Position numbers and translations under genes: made by a program. From an uncultured virus (IMG/VR IMGVR_UViG_3300042197_001533) (Duplodnaviria > Heunggongvirae > Uroviricota > Caudoviricetes), in the IMG/VR virus record IMGVR_UViG_3300042197_001533: 57,566 nucleotides of DNA; one strand, 5' to 3'. Of the stretch, positions 1-12,412 are shown piece by piece. The notes beneath the pieces were generated by a model. The model was not told the DNA's origin and searched no databases. It saw nothing but the letters and a program-made list of their open reading frames with translations. How positions within the stretch are numbered: position 1 is the first letter of the stretch; each line of letters starts with the position of its first letter.

Positions 1-338
1 TGTCCTTAATGATAGAGACTTGCACCGGAACATCCTTGCGGTCACAGTCACATGACCACGGATGGGCCTCTGCCTCATACTTCCATGTGGCACACTTGGT
101 GCATCGCCAACCGAGATAACCGCTGGAGTATTCTTGTATGACGTTGGGGTTCATGGGGTTACTTGGTTTTACCCGAGTATTTCTTCCGTTTAGCCTTCTG
201 ACGGTCTTGATTTTGATGTTTTGACGTTCGGGGTTGACGAAAACCGTTGCGGACCACGGGATTAATCCAAGGCGTCACTTTATCGTTGTAACCTTCATAA
301 CCTCTGGTGATTTCTATTTTGTTCATAAGGTGTTGAAG

Positions 339-572
339 TTAAATGAATTCCGGCTTAAAACCTTGGATACCGTCAAGATAAGCGAGGATGTTGGTTTGGA
401 GCGGTGTCATCGTAGCGATAGACATGATACCACCCTTCCTTTCAGCCGTGTATTCCTTCTTGGATGCGGTCAACATCCTCTTCGCCAACGGTTTACCGAT
501 TTTCTTTACAATCTCCTTGTCAGTGAGGAGAAGTTGAATGGTGGAGTGAGCTTGGCCAGTGTTCAATTTCAT
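339..572 (-). CDS. Hypothetical protein (77 aa)
   Basis: ORF track; - strand TTGACT..TATACT promoter immediately upstream (~581-609). Confidence 0.7.
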   Translation of the reverse strand: MKLNTGQAHSTIQLLLTDKEIVKKIGKPLAKRMLTASKKEYTAERKGGIMSIATMTPLQTNILAYLDGIQGFKPEFI

Positions 573-614
573 TGTGGTAAGAGTATAGACTTATTTTAAT
601 GAAAGTCAAGCCTC

Positions 615-926
615 TTACCAACCGAAGGTGGCCGGCGTGAGGACGTTCCGTTTGACGTTCTTCTTCGTCACCTTAACTACCTCAGTGTAAGTGGTTTCCT
701 CCAGTGTGAGAGCATCCATTGGGATCACGTCGTCAATACCATGTCCAAACACGACAATAAATCCTTCCTTTCGGATAGGCCATCCTCGACGAACACGTTC
801 GCCTGTGAACCGTTCACGATAGACAACACGACCCTTCGTATAGACCGTATCCATCATCAGCTTCACCGTGCGGTTGAGAGTGATGGTTTTCTCGGTGACT
901 CGTTTGATGGTGTTCTTTGTTTTCAT
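615..926 (-). CDS. Hypothetical protein (MKTKNTIKRV...)
   Basis: Internal ATG of track ORF 615..1001 lies just downstream of a - strand promoter (~935-961). Confidence 0.7.
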   Translation of the reverse strand: MKTKNTIKRVTEKTITLNRTVKLMMDTVYTKGRVVYRERFTGERVRRGWPIRKEGFIVVFGHGIDDVIPMDALTLEETTYTEVVKVTKKNVKRNVLTPATFGW

Positions 927-1014
927 GGTTAAAGAATACTGGATATTTAATAAGAAATCAAGCCTTATTTTATCTATTGACTTTCTATAAAAAGGGTTCA
1001 TACTGTCCTCACAA

Positions 1015-4000
1015 ATGAAAAAGAACTACAGCCACGGTTTCAAGGTCGGTGACAAGGTTTATACCTACCACAATTCTTCGTGGGGAATGGAACCGATGAA
1101 GGTGGTGCACGTCACTGAGGATGGTATCAGCTGCAAACACAAGGATTTCTCAGGTGTTGGGTGGTTTGCGGCGAAGGAGTGTCAGTTGGCCACGTCTGGC
1201 CGTAAGTTGGCCCTTGTTGAGTTGCAGGCTAAGCTGGACGAGGTTGACCGCTTGAAGAAAAGTCTGTTTAAGGATTGACATTCGATAAAAACCAGATAAA
1301 CTATTTCCACAATGAATCTTATCTCTGCAAACCGCCGGCCGCTCTGTCTCGTTCTTCTCTGTGGTTGTGTCGGATACTTCTTCGGTGCATTCGTCACCGG
1401 ACTGGTTATCGGTGCAACCATCGTGGCTCTGGCGACCCTCCTCTTTTAATCTTATGCCACGTCACCGCGAGAAATTCATGTTGCCCGACAGCCCCTTAAA
1501 GGTTCGGTTGAAGGTGGTGGACAAACGCTTCGAGTCCGGTTGGTTGTGGGACACTTACACCGTGGTTTTGCAGCCGGATGACGTGTGCATCAAAGGCAAC
1601 CAAATTATCAGCGTGGAGGTTCCCGTTGCTCAGTATTACAATTTGAACATCGGAGAGACGTATTTGGTCAAGATGTATCTCCATTCTGACGGACGGTTGT
1701 ATTTGAAGCCCGAGGACGAGGACTGTGGATTTGTGCCATTTGCTGATTGACATTCTCGTAGATTTAGATAAACTGTCCGCACAATGAAACCGCGTTCAGA
1801 GAAGAAGATTGAGGCCTTGATTCGTGGGGCGTTCCCCAATGCAAAGTGTTTTCGTGACCAAGCTTACGATGACGTTCTCCGAAGTTACTCCAAAGCCCGT
1901 GATGTGTGGGAACGGTATCGTGATTCGATTTGTCCGGCAACTCGTTGCACTGGACGGACTTGTATCTGTGCCACCGACCCTCGGTTGAAGGACCATCCTC
2001 TCCGAACCAATTTTCAGTCTCTTGTCAACGAGGTTAATCGACTTGACCGAGAGGCCTACGACAAGTTGGTGGTTGCTCAAGACAATCTCCGTGGTATGTA
2101 TCGTCAGGTCAACGTGTTAAAGAACAAGTTCCACAATGGACGGTAATAATATCAACGTAAAACACTGTGACTATTCACTCCAGGCAACAATGGATGAACT
2201 CCGTCGTTCCGTTGACTACACCGGACAAAACGATGCATCGTCATTGTTTAGACAACCACCGTTTCGGATTGAGCAGGTTCTACCAAGCATCGGACATATC
2301 CACGAAATAATATCTGATTGACTTTCTATAAAAACAGTCTAAACTTGTCCCACATGAAGACCTACATCTTTCTCGGTTCGATTGACCATGCGTGGTTAAA
2401 CTGTATTGATACCATCGAAGTCTTTCCGTTCAAACTCTCGGTTGGTGACGAGGTTTCGACCCGAAAGTTCTCCGTGACGACCGTTAAGCGGGTAGTGCTT
2501 GTTCTCGGTGAAACCAACACACAACTGGTGGTAATCTAACAATGAAAATCAGAGCCTTCGACATTCGGTGGGACACGGATGGTTTCAGAACGAAACTTCC
2601 GTCGGAAATGGTTCTCAACGTGGGTTTGGTTGACAAAGACCAGGTCCACTCCGGCGAACTGGACGACATTGTTGGTGATAAGCTCACCGCTGAAACCGGT
2701 TGGTGTCACTTTGGGTTTGAATACGAAATCTTAGACTAACAAAATTATGGGATACTGCACACGATACAAACTGAACTGGGACTGTAAAAAGTCGAAAACC
2801 ACTTGGGATGACATTTCCGACGAGATTGCTCTCCGTCAGAAAGCTGGCACCGATTTCTTCTATGCGGTGGACGAGAATGGTGATTCTTCCGATTCGTGCA
2901 AGTGGTATGACCACGAGACGGACGTTGCACAGTTCTCCAAGATTTACCCCGACGTGCTCTTTGAACTGAGTGGTGAGGGCGAGGAGTCAGGTGACATTTG
3001 GAAGAAATACTTCCTCAACGGAAAGATGCAGCTCTGTCAGGTCAAGATGACTTTCGACCCGTTTGACGAGTCGAAGCTCAAAACCGTCAGAGCTTGACTT
3101 TCTATAAAACCTCGGTTAGACTCTTGCCACGATGAACAAACAATGGAAAGACAACAAGATTCAGTTCCCGCGTCTGATTGCGGAACTTGAGGCCGCTGGG
3201 GCGTTCACCAATCAAGTCACGCAAGAACTGTGTGAGAACATGGATTTGACCGTTGATGAAATTTCAGAGATTGTTGACCGTGCTCAAGACGAGTGGGAAG
3301 TCATCAAGGATAGAACGGTGCCGGTCAAACGAAAGTAAAATTATGGGTTATACACAATACTGGGATCACAAGGGCTTCACGGATGAACAATGGAATCGGC
3401 TTGTTGTTGCTGCTCGGATTTTGATTGCCGACACCAAGGTTCCGATTGTCAACGGTTCTGGTGATGAAGGGACTTCCCCTGAAATCAATGACCGGCGTAT
3501 CTTTCTCAACGGGGAGGGCGACGAGTCGTGTGAGACGTTCAACCTGACCAAGGCTGCACAGGACTTTGAGTTCTGCAAGACCCGTCAGTTTCCTTATGAC
3601 GAGGTTGTGGTCGCCATCATGCGTGAGGCAATGGAAATCAATCCTACGTTCAACCCCCGTTCGGATGGAGGTTGGGCGGTGTTTGGGGATGAATAGTAAC
3701 GCCAAATTAACGAAGGAGTTGCACTACTACGCTGAGAAGCTTGAACGGAATTGTGCATCATATCCCATGGCGTCTATAGAGTGGTGGACCGTGAGAGACA
3801 GTACACTTGTGACCACCCCCGGCAGCATGACATGGGAATCAATGCCGTGGCATGATGTGGAGGATCATCCGTGAACTTACCATCGTCAGCCACTCGCGAC
3901 CAAATGTGGGACATTGCATTTGGTGGAATTGAAGATAAAATCAATCATTCGGACGTAGATAAGTCAATTGTTAGGGCGGGCACCAGAACCGTTAGAAGTG

Positions 4001-5492
4001 GTGTCGCCAACAGTTTCGATGACGTAAGGATTGACCTTGCTCAAAAAAGAAACGGTTGACTTTCTATAAAAACCCTCTACACTGGTTGAACGTATGAAAC
4101 GTCCTGACCAAAACTTTCTGTGTTCCTTCAAGTGTCCCTTCTGTGGGGATCGGGTAGAAGTCACGACTGAACGCTACGAGGACAATTGGTCCAATGTCCG
4201 TGGCTTCTGTGACTCACAGACCGAGAAAATCTGTGGGATGGATTTTAACTTCGGCATCTTCGGTCAAGGTTTCACTCGTCAGGAAATGAAAGAATCGGTC
4301 ATGGAAGTGGTTGGCATTAACTTCATCAACTAACACAATGAGCACGTTTCTAAACAAAAAGTGGGTGACTACGGTTCGGGTTCCATTCTTCGGTTCAACG
4401 GGAACTCTGGAATATCTCAAGTTCCTCTCGTTTAAGGACCCGAAAGACACCAAACGTGAGTGTGGCAACGGTCAACGTGAGGTTACGTTCGAGTTTGTCC
4501 ACGAGTATCAAGCCAACAACTTCACGGTGGCCTTGGTCAAAACTTTCAATTCAGACTTCATTGAATTCGCTACTGAGTGTGTGCCGATATTTGACAGTTC
4601 ATGGGAACATTTGAAAGCGATGTGCAAAGCTCACGACTTTCACCACGAAATGTCCGACGACCATCGGGTGTGGCAGAGCGGTCAATGGGAACTTCAACAA
4701 ATCAAGAATCTGGCCGACAAGTTGGCGACCGTTGACAAGTCGGGAGTTCAACAGATTGTGAAGGGAATTTACAAGTTAAAATAACTGGTTGACTTTCATT
4801 AAAATAAGTCTATACTGGTTCCACAATGAATCGACCGATTTACCACGAAACCAAATCCGCTGTCTACTTCGATAACTGTGATGGGAGTCTGACGGTCAAA
4901 CGGAAACAGAAAACAAAGGTTACTCAAACCCTCGCGGTGTTCAAGAACGACCCTCAAGGTCACGCAGCATATCGTCGGTTTCGTAGAGCCTTGGTGGATA
5001 ACGGAAACCGTGTCTATACGATGTATCGGTGTCCGAACGACGGACGGAGTTATGACGAAATCGCTCGGAATGGTATTCAAAGTAAGTGGTTTCTGTCTCG
5101 TCGTGGTCACGTTCCCAAGAAGTTTGCGAAGGTTCTGACGGTTCTCCGTTCCAACTATCCTCGTTAAAATAACTGGTTGACTTTCTGTAAAATTAGTCTA
5201 TACTGGTTCCACAATGAAACGTAACAAAGACAGTGTGGTGAAGTTGGACAGGGTTGAAATCCGCCGGGCGGTTCGGACCCTCTATCTCAACTCGTATGAG
5301 GGATTCGGAATCGGTTCCATCCCCCTCAGCAAAATCCAAATCTCCGACCGAGATTACACCACGAAGATTAACGGTAAAGTGGTTCTCCGTTACGACCGTC
5401 ACTGTCACTACACCAACGAGCTTGACCACCAGGTCGCCGTGTATCTCTATCTCAGTGCTATTGAACAAGTTTTGAGTCTTCCAGAGGAATAA
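1015..5492 (+). other. Block of ~15 short hypothetical phage genes (e.g. 1015-1278, 1784-2146, 2542-2739, 2747-3097, 3132-3338, 3343-3696, 4094-4333, 4826-5167, 5214-5492)
   Basis: Tightly tiled + strand ORFs, most starting just after a promoter copy. Confidence 0.75.
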
Positions 5493-5579
5493 AGATCCTC
5501 GGAAACATCTTCGGAATGTGAACCAAAGTTGGTGTAAGTGGTTCATATCGTGTTGGTTGAGTCGGTTTTGACATTTTCG

Positions 5580-5738
5580 GAAACTTAAAATTGGGCTAAA
5601 CGGGCAGACACTAATTTTAACTGCCCTACGAAAACCCTCATAGTTGTCGGGAAACCGAGCGGATTTCATGCCCGTGTCCTTTCGTGAGTCGTGTTGTGGG
5701 TGAAAACTGTTCGACTTGTTAGCCCAATTTTAAGTTTC
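5580..5738. repeat. Non-coding element bounded by perfect 20-bp inverted repeats
   Basis: GAAACTTAAAATTGGGCTAA (5580-5599) and its reverse complement TTAGCCCAATTTTAAGTTTC (5719-5738). Confidence 0.85.
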
Positions 5739-5795
5739 TGGTTGACTTTCAATAATAATCCTCTAAACTGTCCACAGTTAAAACAAAGAAATCAC

Positions 5796-6707
5796 ATGGG
5801 CTACCTACACATTGACAATCTCTACCGTCCTGAAGCGCAGAACATCCTCCAGTTCAAGGAACTGTTCGCTTTGGAGAAGATCCACGGCACGAGCACGCAC
5901 ATCACGTTCCGACCTTCTGATGGTTCTATCCGTTACTTCTCGGGTGGGACAAAGGCAGAGGCTTTCCGGGCCATCTTCAACGAGGATGACTTGGTTGCCA
6001 AGTTCAAGGCGTTGGCTCTCCCTGTGGACAAGGACATCACTGTCTTTGGTGAGGGTTATGGCGGCAAGGAACAGGGAATGTCTGCCACCTACGGCAAGGT
6101 TCTCAAGTTCGTGGCATTCGACGTCCAGATTGGTGACTCGTGGTTAGACGTGCCTTCGGCTGAAAAGGTGGTTCTTAGCCTCGGGTTGGAATTTGTATAT
6201 TACAAGAAGGTGTCCACTCTCAACGTCGTGGAAAAGGATGGCATCAAGCACTTTGTGGAGTTGGATGCTGAACGTGATGCGCCAAGCACGCAGGGTAAGC
6301 GGAATGGTGTCTTGGAAGACAAGTTCCGCGAAGGCGTGGTTCTCCGCCCTCTCTTTGAAGTCACGTTGAACAACGGTAAGCGGTTGATTGTCAAGCACAA
6401 GCGAGACGAGTTCCGTGAAACGGCGTCGCCTCGTAACATTCTGGTAGATCCCGCTCAGTTGGCGGTTCTCTCCAATGCCGATGCGGTCGCAAACGAGTGG
6501 TGCACCAACGAACGTCTTCGACACGTCTTGGACAAGATGCCTGGACACACGATGGCTTCGATTCCTTTGCTCATCAAGAACATGACGGAAGACGTTCTCC
6601 GTGAAGGTGCGGGGGAAGTCGTTGATTCCAAGGAAGTTCGGAAGGCGATTGGTTCCAAGGCGGTTGCTCTCTACAAGGGAATGTTGAACGCGAACATCGG
6701 GAAGTAA
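5796..6707 (+). CDS. RNA ligase, Rnl2 family
   Basis: Nucleotidyltransferase motifs EKIHGTS, FGEGYGG, FVAFDV, REGVVLRP, KHKRDEF; start moved to ATG 5796 after the promoter at ~5742. Confidence 0.85.
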   Translation: MGYLHIDNLYRPEAQNILQFKELFALEKIHGTSTHITFRPSDGSIRYFSGGTKAEAFRAIFNEDDLVAKFKALALPVDKDITVFGEGYGGKEQGMSATYGKVLKFVAFDVQIGDSWLDVPSAEKVVLSLGLEFVYYKKVSTLNVVEKDGIKHFVELDAERDAPSTQGKRNGVLEDKFREGVVLRPLFEVTLNNGKRLIVKHKRDEFRETASPRNILVDPAQLAVLSNADAVANEWCTNERLRHVLDKMPGHTMASIPLLIKNMTEDVLREGAGEVVDSKEVRKAIGSKAVALYKGMLNANIGK

Positions 6708-6711
6708 TTTT

Positions 6712-6981
6712 ATGAAAGTCAAAGCTGAATGTGGGTCGTGCGATGGCACCGGATTGTATTGTGGATTCGCTGAACCGAAGGGCACAGCGGTCATCTGCCT
6801 AAATTGTGGTGGAACTGGCTGTGACGAGATAGGTTACATCCGGTTCACCGGCCGTAAAGAGAGGCGAGACGTGCATACTGTGAAACGGTCTGCTGGCAGC
6901 TTCATCTTCACCGGCGTCGGACCCGTTGGCAAATCAGTGACTTACGAGGAATTCTGCCGTGGCAAGATGCCGAAGGCTTGA
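6712..6981 (+). CDS. Small DnaJ-type zinc-finger protein
   Basis: CGSCDGTG and CLNCGGTG repeats. Confidence 0.7.
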   Translation: MKVKAECGSCDGTGLYCGFAEPKGTAVICLNCGGTGCDEIGYIRFTGRKERRDVHTVKRSAGSFIFTGVGPVGKSVTYEEFCRGKMPKA

Positions 6982-7014
6982 CTTTCTATAAAACTGGTCT
7001 AAACTGGTTTCACG

Positions 7015-10000
7015 ATGAAATACGAAATCGAGGTTTTGATTCCCTCCAAGGGCGACGAGTCTGATAGTTACCTGATGACCCGTGAGTTGGACATGACTCG
7101 TTCCGATGTGCTGGAGAACGTCTTTGGGTGGTTCAACAACGGCTCTGGCGAAGAGTGTGACGAATTCACAAAGCGACAAGGTAGGTCATTGTCAGTCAAC
7201 GACTTCGTTCGGTTGAATGACGAGTGGTTCCAGTGTCGTTCAATGGGATGGGATAAGGTTGACGATTCGTTGGTGAGGAATCAGATCGAAGAGGCAAAGG
7301 CTCTGTGCGGTCAGGGGAACGGCCAGGTTTCGATGTGGTCCGCTCTCTACACGTTGAACCAACGTGGCCCCTCCTATAAGTTTGAGGGCAGTTTCAAGGA
7401 GTAAGGTGAAACTAAAAGTTAATTTTCTTAGACCTCCCGTTGTTTTTCTTAACCGGCGGACGATCCGTGCGTTTGCTGCCGTTCGGAACCGTGTAAAAGC
7501 AACCGTGGCAGCGCAAACGCGTCATGTGTCGTTGACGGAAGCCTTGGTTCAATGTCAGAAATTTCGTGACGGTAAATAATAGTTGACTTTCGATAAAAAC
7601 CCTCTACACTGATCGCACAATGAAAATCAAGTTCAAGCAAGACGTTGAGTTACAAATCGTGGTTGATTTCGACCAGGCGACCGATGAACCGACCTATGAA
7701 TCTATTACCTTCTACCGAGACGATGAATCCGATATTGACATCTGTGATGCAGCCAATCCTCCTCTCGCACGAGAGATTCAATTCGGCGATGGCTCGGTTG
7801 CTTTCGTCACCCCGGAGTTTTGGGATGTGGTGGAAGTTCTGTAAGTTTCTCTCCCTTTTCGTATGAAAGACATCTTAACATTCATGGGAGAACATCCTTG
7901 GCAGACATTCTTCCTCGTTCTGATGGTCTGCCAGACTATGATTTGCGTGGCAGCATCCGTTGCTTCCATCTTCACCAAAAAGTAATCTATGAAAATCGAA
8001 AATCTACTCACCGCACAACGTCTCGCTAAACAGCTCAAGGAACTCGACGAAGCCCTGGCTGAATTGGGGAAAACCGACAAGTTCATCAAAAACTCTCCTG
8101 GATGGGGAGTGCCCGATGAAAACGGATTGTATCAGCTACACGTCACACAATACAAGGACGGCAGCGGTTTTAACGTCGATATGACCGGTCTGGATGTCGG
8201 TGTTCAACTTCTCAAGTATGCCAAACAACTTCTCGAAGCGAAGCGGTCTGACATCCTTCGGGAGATTGCTGACCTATGAGCCCCGAGGAACGTCAGCGGT
8301 TGTTCGACACCCGGCTTGCTCCTCTCACTGATAGGCAGCTGAAGGGATTGGACCCGATTGTGAAGAATGCGGTCAGTTGTGGCATCTGTGGAAGTCCTGC
8401 CGACCGATACATCCACACATTTGAGTGCCAGACGAATCCGAGTCACGTAGGCGACTTGATGGTTGGAATCTTTTCGGATTTGACGTATCCAAAGGCTTGA
8501 CTTTCTATAAAATCAGTTCATACTGTACCCACGATGAAACTGTTCACCAAAGAAATCAACGAGAAGTTGTCAAAGTGTGGTTACAACCATACCCGTCCGG
8601 TCCTCAAACTGTTTGTGCCGTGGGGTGCTGGAACGTGGTTGGTCACGGGTGAGGAAGATGGGATTCTCTACGGTTGGGGCGACCTTGGGATGGGTTGTGT
8701 CGAGTGGGGCGGTCTGTTCTCCCGTGAGGAAGTGGAAGCCATTCGTGGCCCGTTCGGTTTGAAGATTGAACGTGACCTTCACTTTAAGGATGACGGTGTG
8801 AAGAATTACGGTGAGTTGGAAACCCTTGCTGGGATTTAAGTTATGAATGAGGCACCGAACTACAAGATCGCATCCATCATCTATTTCAAGGATGATGTTG
8901 AGATGGAACGGGTTATGAAGTGGATTAACGCTCTTAAAGAGAAGGGCGTTATCGCTGGACACGACACCCGTGAATACATCAGCGATTATGGCGACCCTTG
9001 TTGGTATATTCCTTGACTTTCAATAAAAACTCGGTCATACTGTCCGCACAATGAAAGAAATCCGAATCGCCTACGTTCCACGTTTGAACACCTACGAGTA
9101 TCAGTTGGTTAAGGTCACACCGTCAGGGAAGGTTTTTCCAATGACGGGTTGGGTTGCTGGCGGCAGAACGGTGGAAGCTGCAAAGACTTCCGCGCTTGCA
9201 CGGTTCGGTGAACTGACTATTTCGGTCAACTAACGATATGAACCTCAAAGAGTTACGACTTGAATTGCACGACCTCGCAGACGAGCTTGATGCCGTCGTC
9301 TATGACAACGGACCAATGGGCGAATCTGCGCCGTTCAGGGACAAAGCCCGGAGGCTCCGTGAACTTGCCCGTGGTGTTAAGGGGATGGGTAATACTGGCC
9401 GTGCGGATACTGGCACCGGCGACTTTCGTGATGAACCGTGGGAGCCGAGGTAAAGGCTTGACTTTGTATAAAAACTCGGTCATACTGTCCGCACAATGAA
9501 ATTCATCAAAGAGATAATCGTCGGAAATTCTGAGTGTCCAATGGATCCTGAGACTGTTGCGGAACAGATTGTCTCGGCTCGGCGTCGAGCTGACGAAGAT
9601 AATGAACATTTCGACTGGAACATCAAATACTTTTCGGTTGGAATCTTCGATGGAAAACTCTGGCTTGTTGGTTACGAGGCTTGACTTTCTATAAAAACAA
9701 TCTACACTGGTTTCAGTCAATTAAACACTAAAACATCCTATGCCTTGTCGTGATGACCGTGATTCGTGCCGAGTTGAAACCGTGAAGGTGGAGAACCCGG
9801 AAACCAAGCGAAAGTTGGCTCTTACTGAGTCGCTGTTGTGTTCGGCCTGCCGGACGTTGGAGGTCCTCGTGAGCCGTGGTGTGGAGTTTGATTTCGACAC
9901 CAATCCCGCTCTAAGTGAGTGGTGGGCAGACCATAAGGCGGAAGACGGCCGGAGGTTGGTCGCCGAAGCCAAACATCGTCTGGAGTTTGGGCGGGCAACC

Positions 10001-12354
10001 ATGATTGCGGAGAAACAGTTCAAGGATCTCACCAAGGAAGACAAGAAACTGCTCAAGAAGCACGGATTTCTTGATTGACTTCTTATCGGTTTAGGTTAGT
10101 CTAGTCCGACAGTGAACGCATGGAACCAACAAGAGATGGATTCAGACTCATCGGGTCTACTTGAGTCGTGCGACTGCTGCAACCGACTGATTACCAACTG
10201 GAATTGGATGCACATGAGCTTCCTCGACTTCAACGGAAAGATTCGGTGTATTTGGTGCAAATCAGAGTTTGTCAAGGAGTGTGTGGTCAGTAAAGAATTT
10301 GATAAAATCGGTTGCACAGAGCTTGACTTTGTATAAAAATCCTCTACACTGTCCCTACATGAAACCTATCTGTAAAGACGAATCCAATCTGTTCTACCGT
10401 TACCTCCACTTCGTCTTCGCTCCGAAATTGACGGAGGATTTTCCTGATTTCTCCCAAGACCCGATGTCGGGTTCCATTTCGTTGAATCGGAAAGGATTGT
10501 TCAAGGGGAAGCCGTTTGACGTTGTGTATTGTTCTCCGATGTGGGAAGGTGAGTTAAACGTCATTACGTGTGAATTTTACAATGAAGGCGATTACGTTGA
10601 CAGAGCCGACACACAATTTCCAATTAACGGTTGGACTATGAATGTCGAAGATGATGTCAAAGAGTATGTTTGTGAAGTCTATCGCTTTCTAAAAGACACG
10701 CGAGTTTAGTCATTGACATTTTTCTAAAAGTCAACTACTATTTATTAAAGCGTATGGGAAAAACATATCGAGGCGAACAGAGGGACCAGTTCAAAGGTCG
10801 TAACAAGAACAAACCTAAGAACAAGGGTCATCAAAAGAAATCGTGGAAGGACGAGAAGCCCGAGGATGACGTTCAGACCAACGAGAGTTGGGATCGGTAA
10901 AATGAAGGCTTGACTCCTGACCGATTTATTATACACTTTTGATATGAAAGTCACCAAAGCGTATAAGTCGGTTCGTCGGTCTTGGGGTGAACTGAACCCC
11001 GTCACTCGCGTCGTCTCTTCCAAGAAGGGTTATCGTCGCCACGACAAACACAAGAATTCCAACCGAGAGGATTAACCACTATGGCAAACACTAAAGCAAA
11101 AGACGGTCAACGATACGAACTGGCCAGCACCTTCCTCCTCAGCAAGCTCCCCCATTGGAAGCGAGAAGCGGTCAAAGAGGACCGTGCTAACGGAAACCTC
11201 AACAGCCGAATCATGGACGAATTCGCCAAGGACGTGGTAACTCTGGCGGAGAGCGATAAAGAAATCTTCGTCACCACAGAATAAAACTAATCGTTTCGGC
11301 AGACCTGTCCACTAATTATCGGACAGTTAGTTCACTCCGTTCACGATTAGGAGTGAAGTAACGCTTCGCTTTGCTCCGCTAAACTTCACAAAAATACGCT
11401 TCCGCTAGGGAGCGACTCAATGAATAAGCATTGCGCAACAGAGAACTCTGCCCTACAAAGTGAAATAAGTATTGACTTCTTTTAATTTTCAGATAAACTC
11501 CCAGAACTATGAAATGGTTTCGTTACGGACAGAATAACTCAGGCGGTCACATGGAACGTAATTCACGCGTTGCTGACTACGTTTTCATTGAGGCTCAAAA
11601 CGGCGTTTCTGCTGACATGATTGCTGAGGATCTCGGCATCTACTTTAACGGTGTAGAAGACGGCAATGATTGTGAGTGTTGTGGCGACCGGTGGAATTCT
11701 TGTCGTTGGGACAAGGGCGTCAACACCCCTGATAAATATGCTCTTGAATATGGGGAGAATGGGGTCCGAATTTATCCCTATGGAGCACGAAATCCGGTAA
11801 GCATTGCTGACTTTCAAAAGAATCCTCCGATGGTGATCGAACCGTCTTAATCTATGAGAACTCCTGAAGAATGGGCAGATAGTAAGACTGACGTGATTCT
11901 CTTAACCTGTGATGGCAAGGGAGTTAAAGCTAAACGGGAAGCACTAATCAAGCTTATCCGTGATGTTCAGTTGGATTGTTTCCGCCAAGTTATTGAGGAT
12001 GAGAAGGTTAGGCAGGAATCAATGAACAAGTTCCTCACCTTCATCGAACCCCGTGATCGTTCCAAAGAATTTGACCGTGGTTACGATAAATCCGATTTCC
12101 AGGATTATTGATTAAAAACCAGTTGACTTCCATCAGAGTTTAGTTACACTTCCAGAATGAAAGTTCCTCAAGCGGATATTGATTTTTGTTTGAAAGTGGA
12201 AGCGTCGGTCAAGCCGCACGAGAAATCCCTTTTTGATGAGTGTATGAATGGGGTGTCGTTGACCACACGGATTAAGTCTCCCCGTTCCGATAGAGATGTT
12301 TATGACGGTTGCATCTTGATGGGGGTCTTTCTCCGTAGTCGGATCAACAAGTAA
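7015..12354 (+). other. Block of ~18 short hypothetical genes
   Basis: Tiled ORFs with individual promoters (7015-7404, 7620-7844, 7989-8279, 8276-8500, 9051-9233, 9740-10078, 10359-10709, 11509-11850 etc.). Confidence 0.7.
8534..8839 (+). CDS. DUF2958-like protein
   Basis: PVLKLFVPWGAGTWLVT...GWGDLGMGCVEWG...IERDLHF pattern. Confidence 0.75.
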   Translation: MKLFTKEINEKLSKCGYNHTRPVLKLFVPWGAGTWLVTGEEDGILYGWGDLGMGCVEWGGLFSREEVEAIRGPFGLKIERDLHFKDDGVKNYGELETLAGI

Positions 12355-12412
12355 TAATAATTTGCCTAAATCTGGTTGACTTTTTCTAAAAAGAAAGTAT
12401 TCTGTCCACTCA

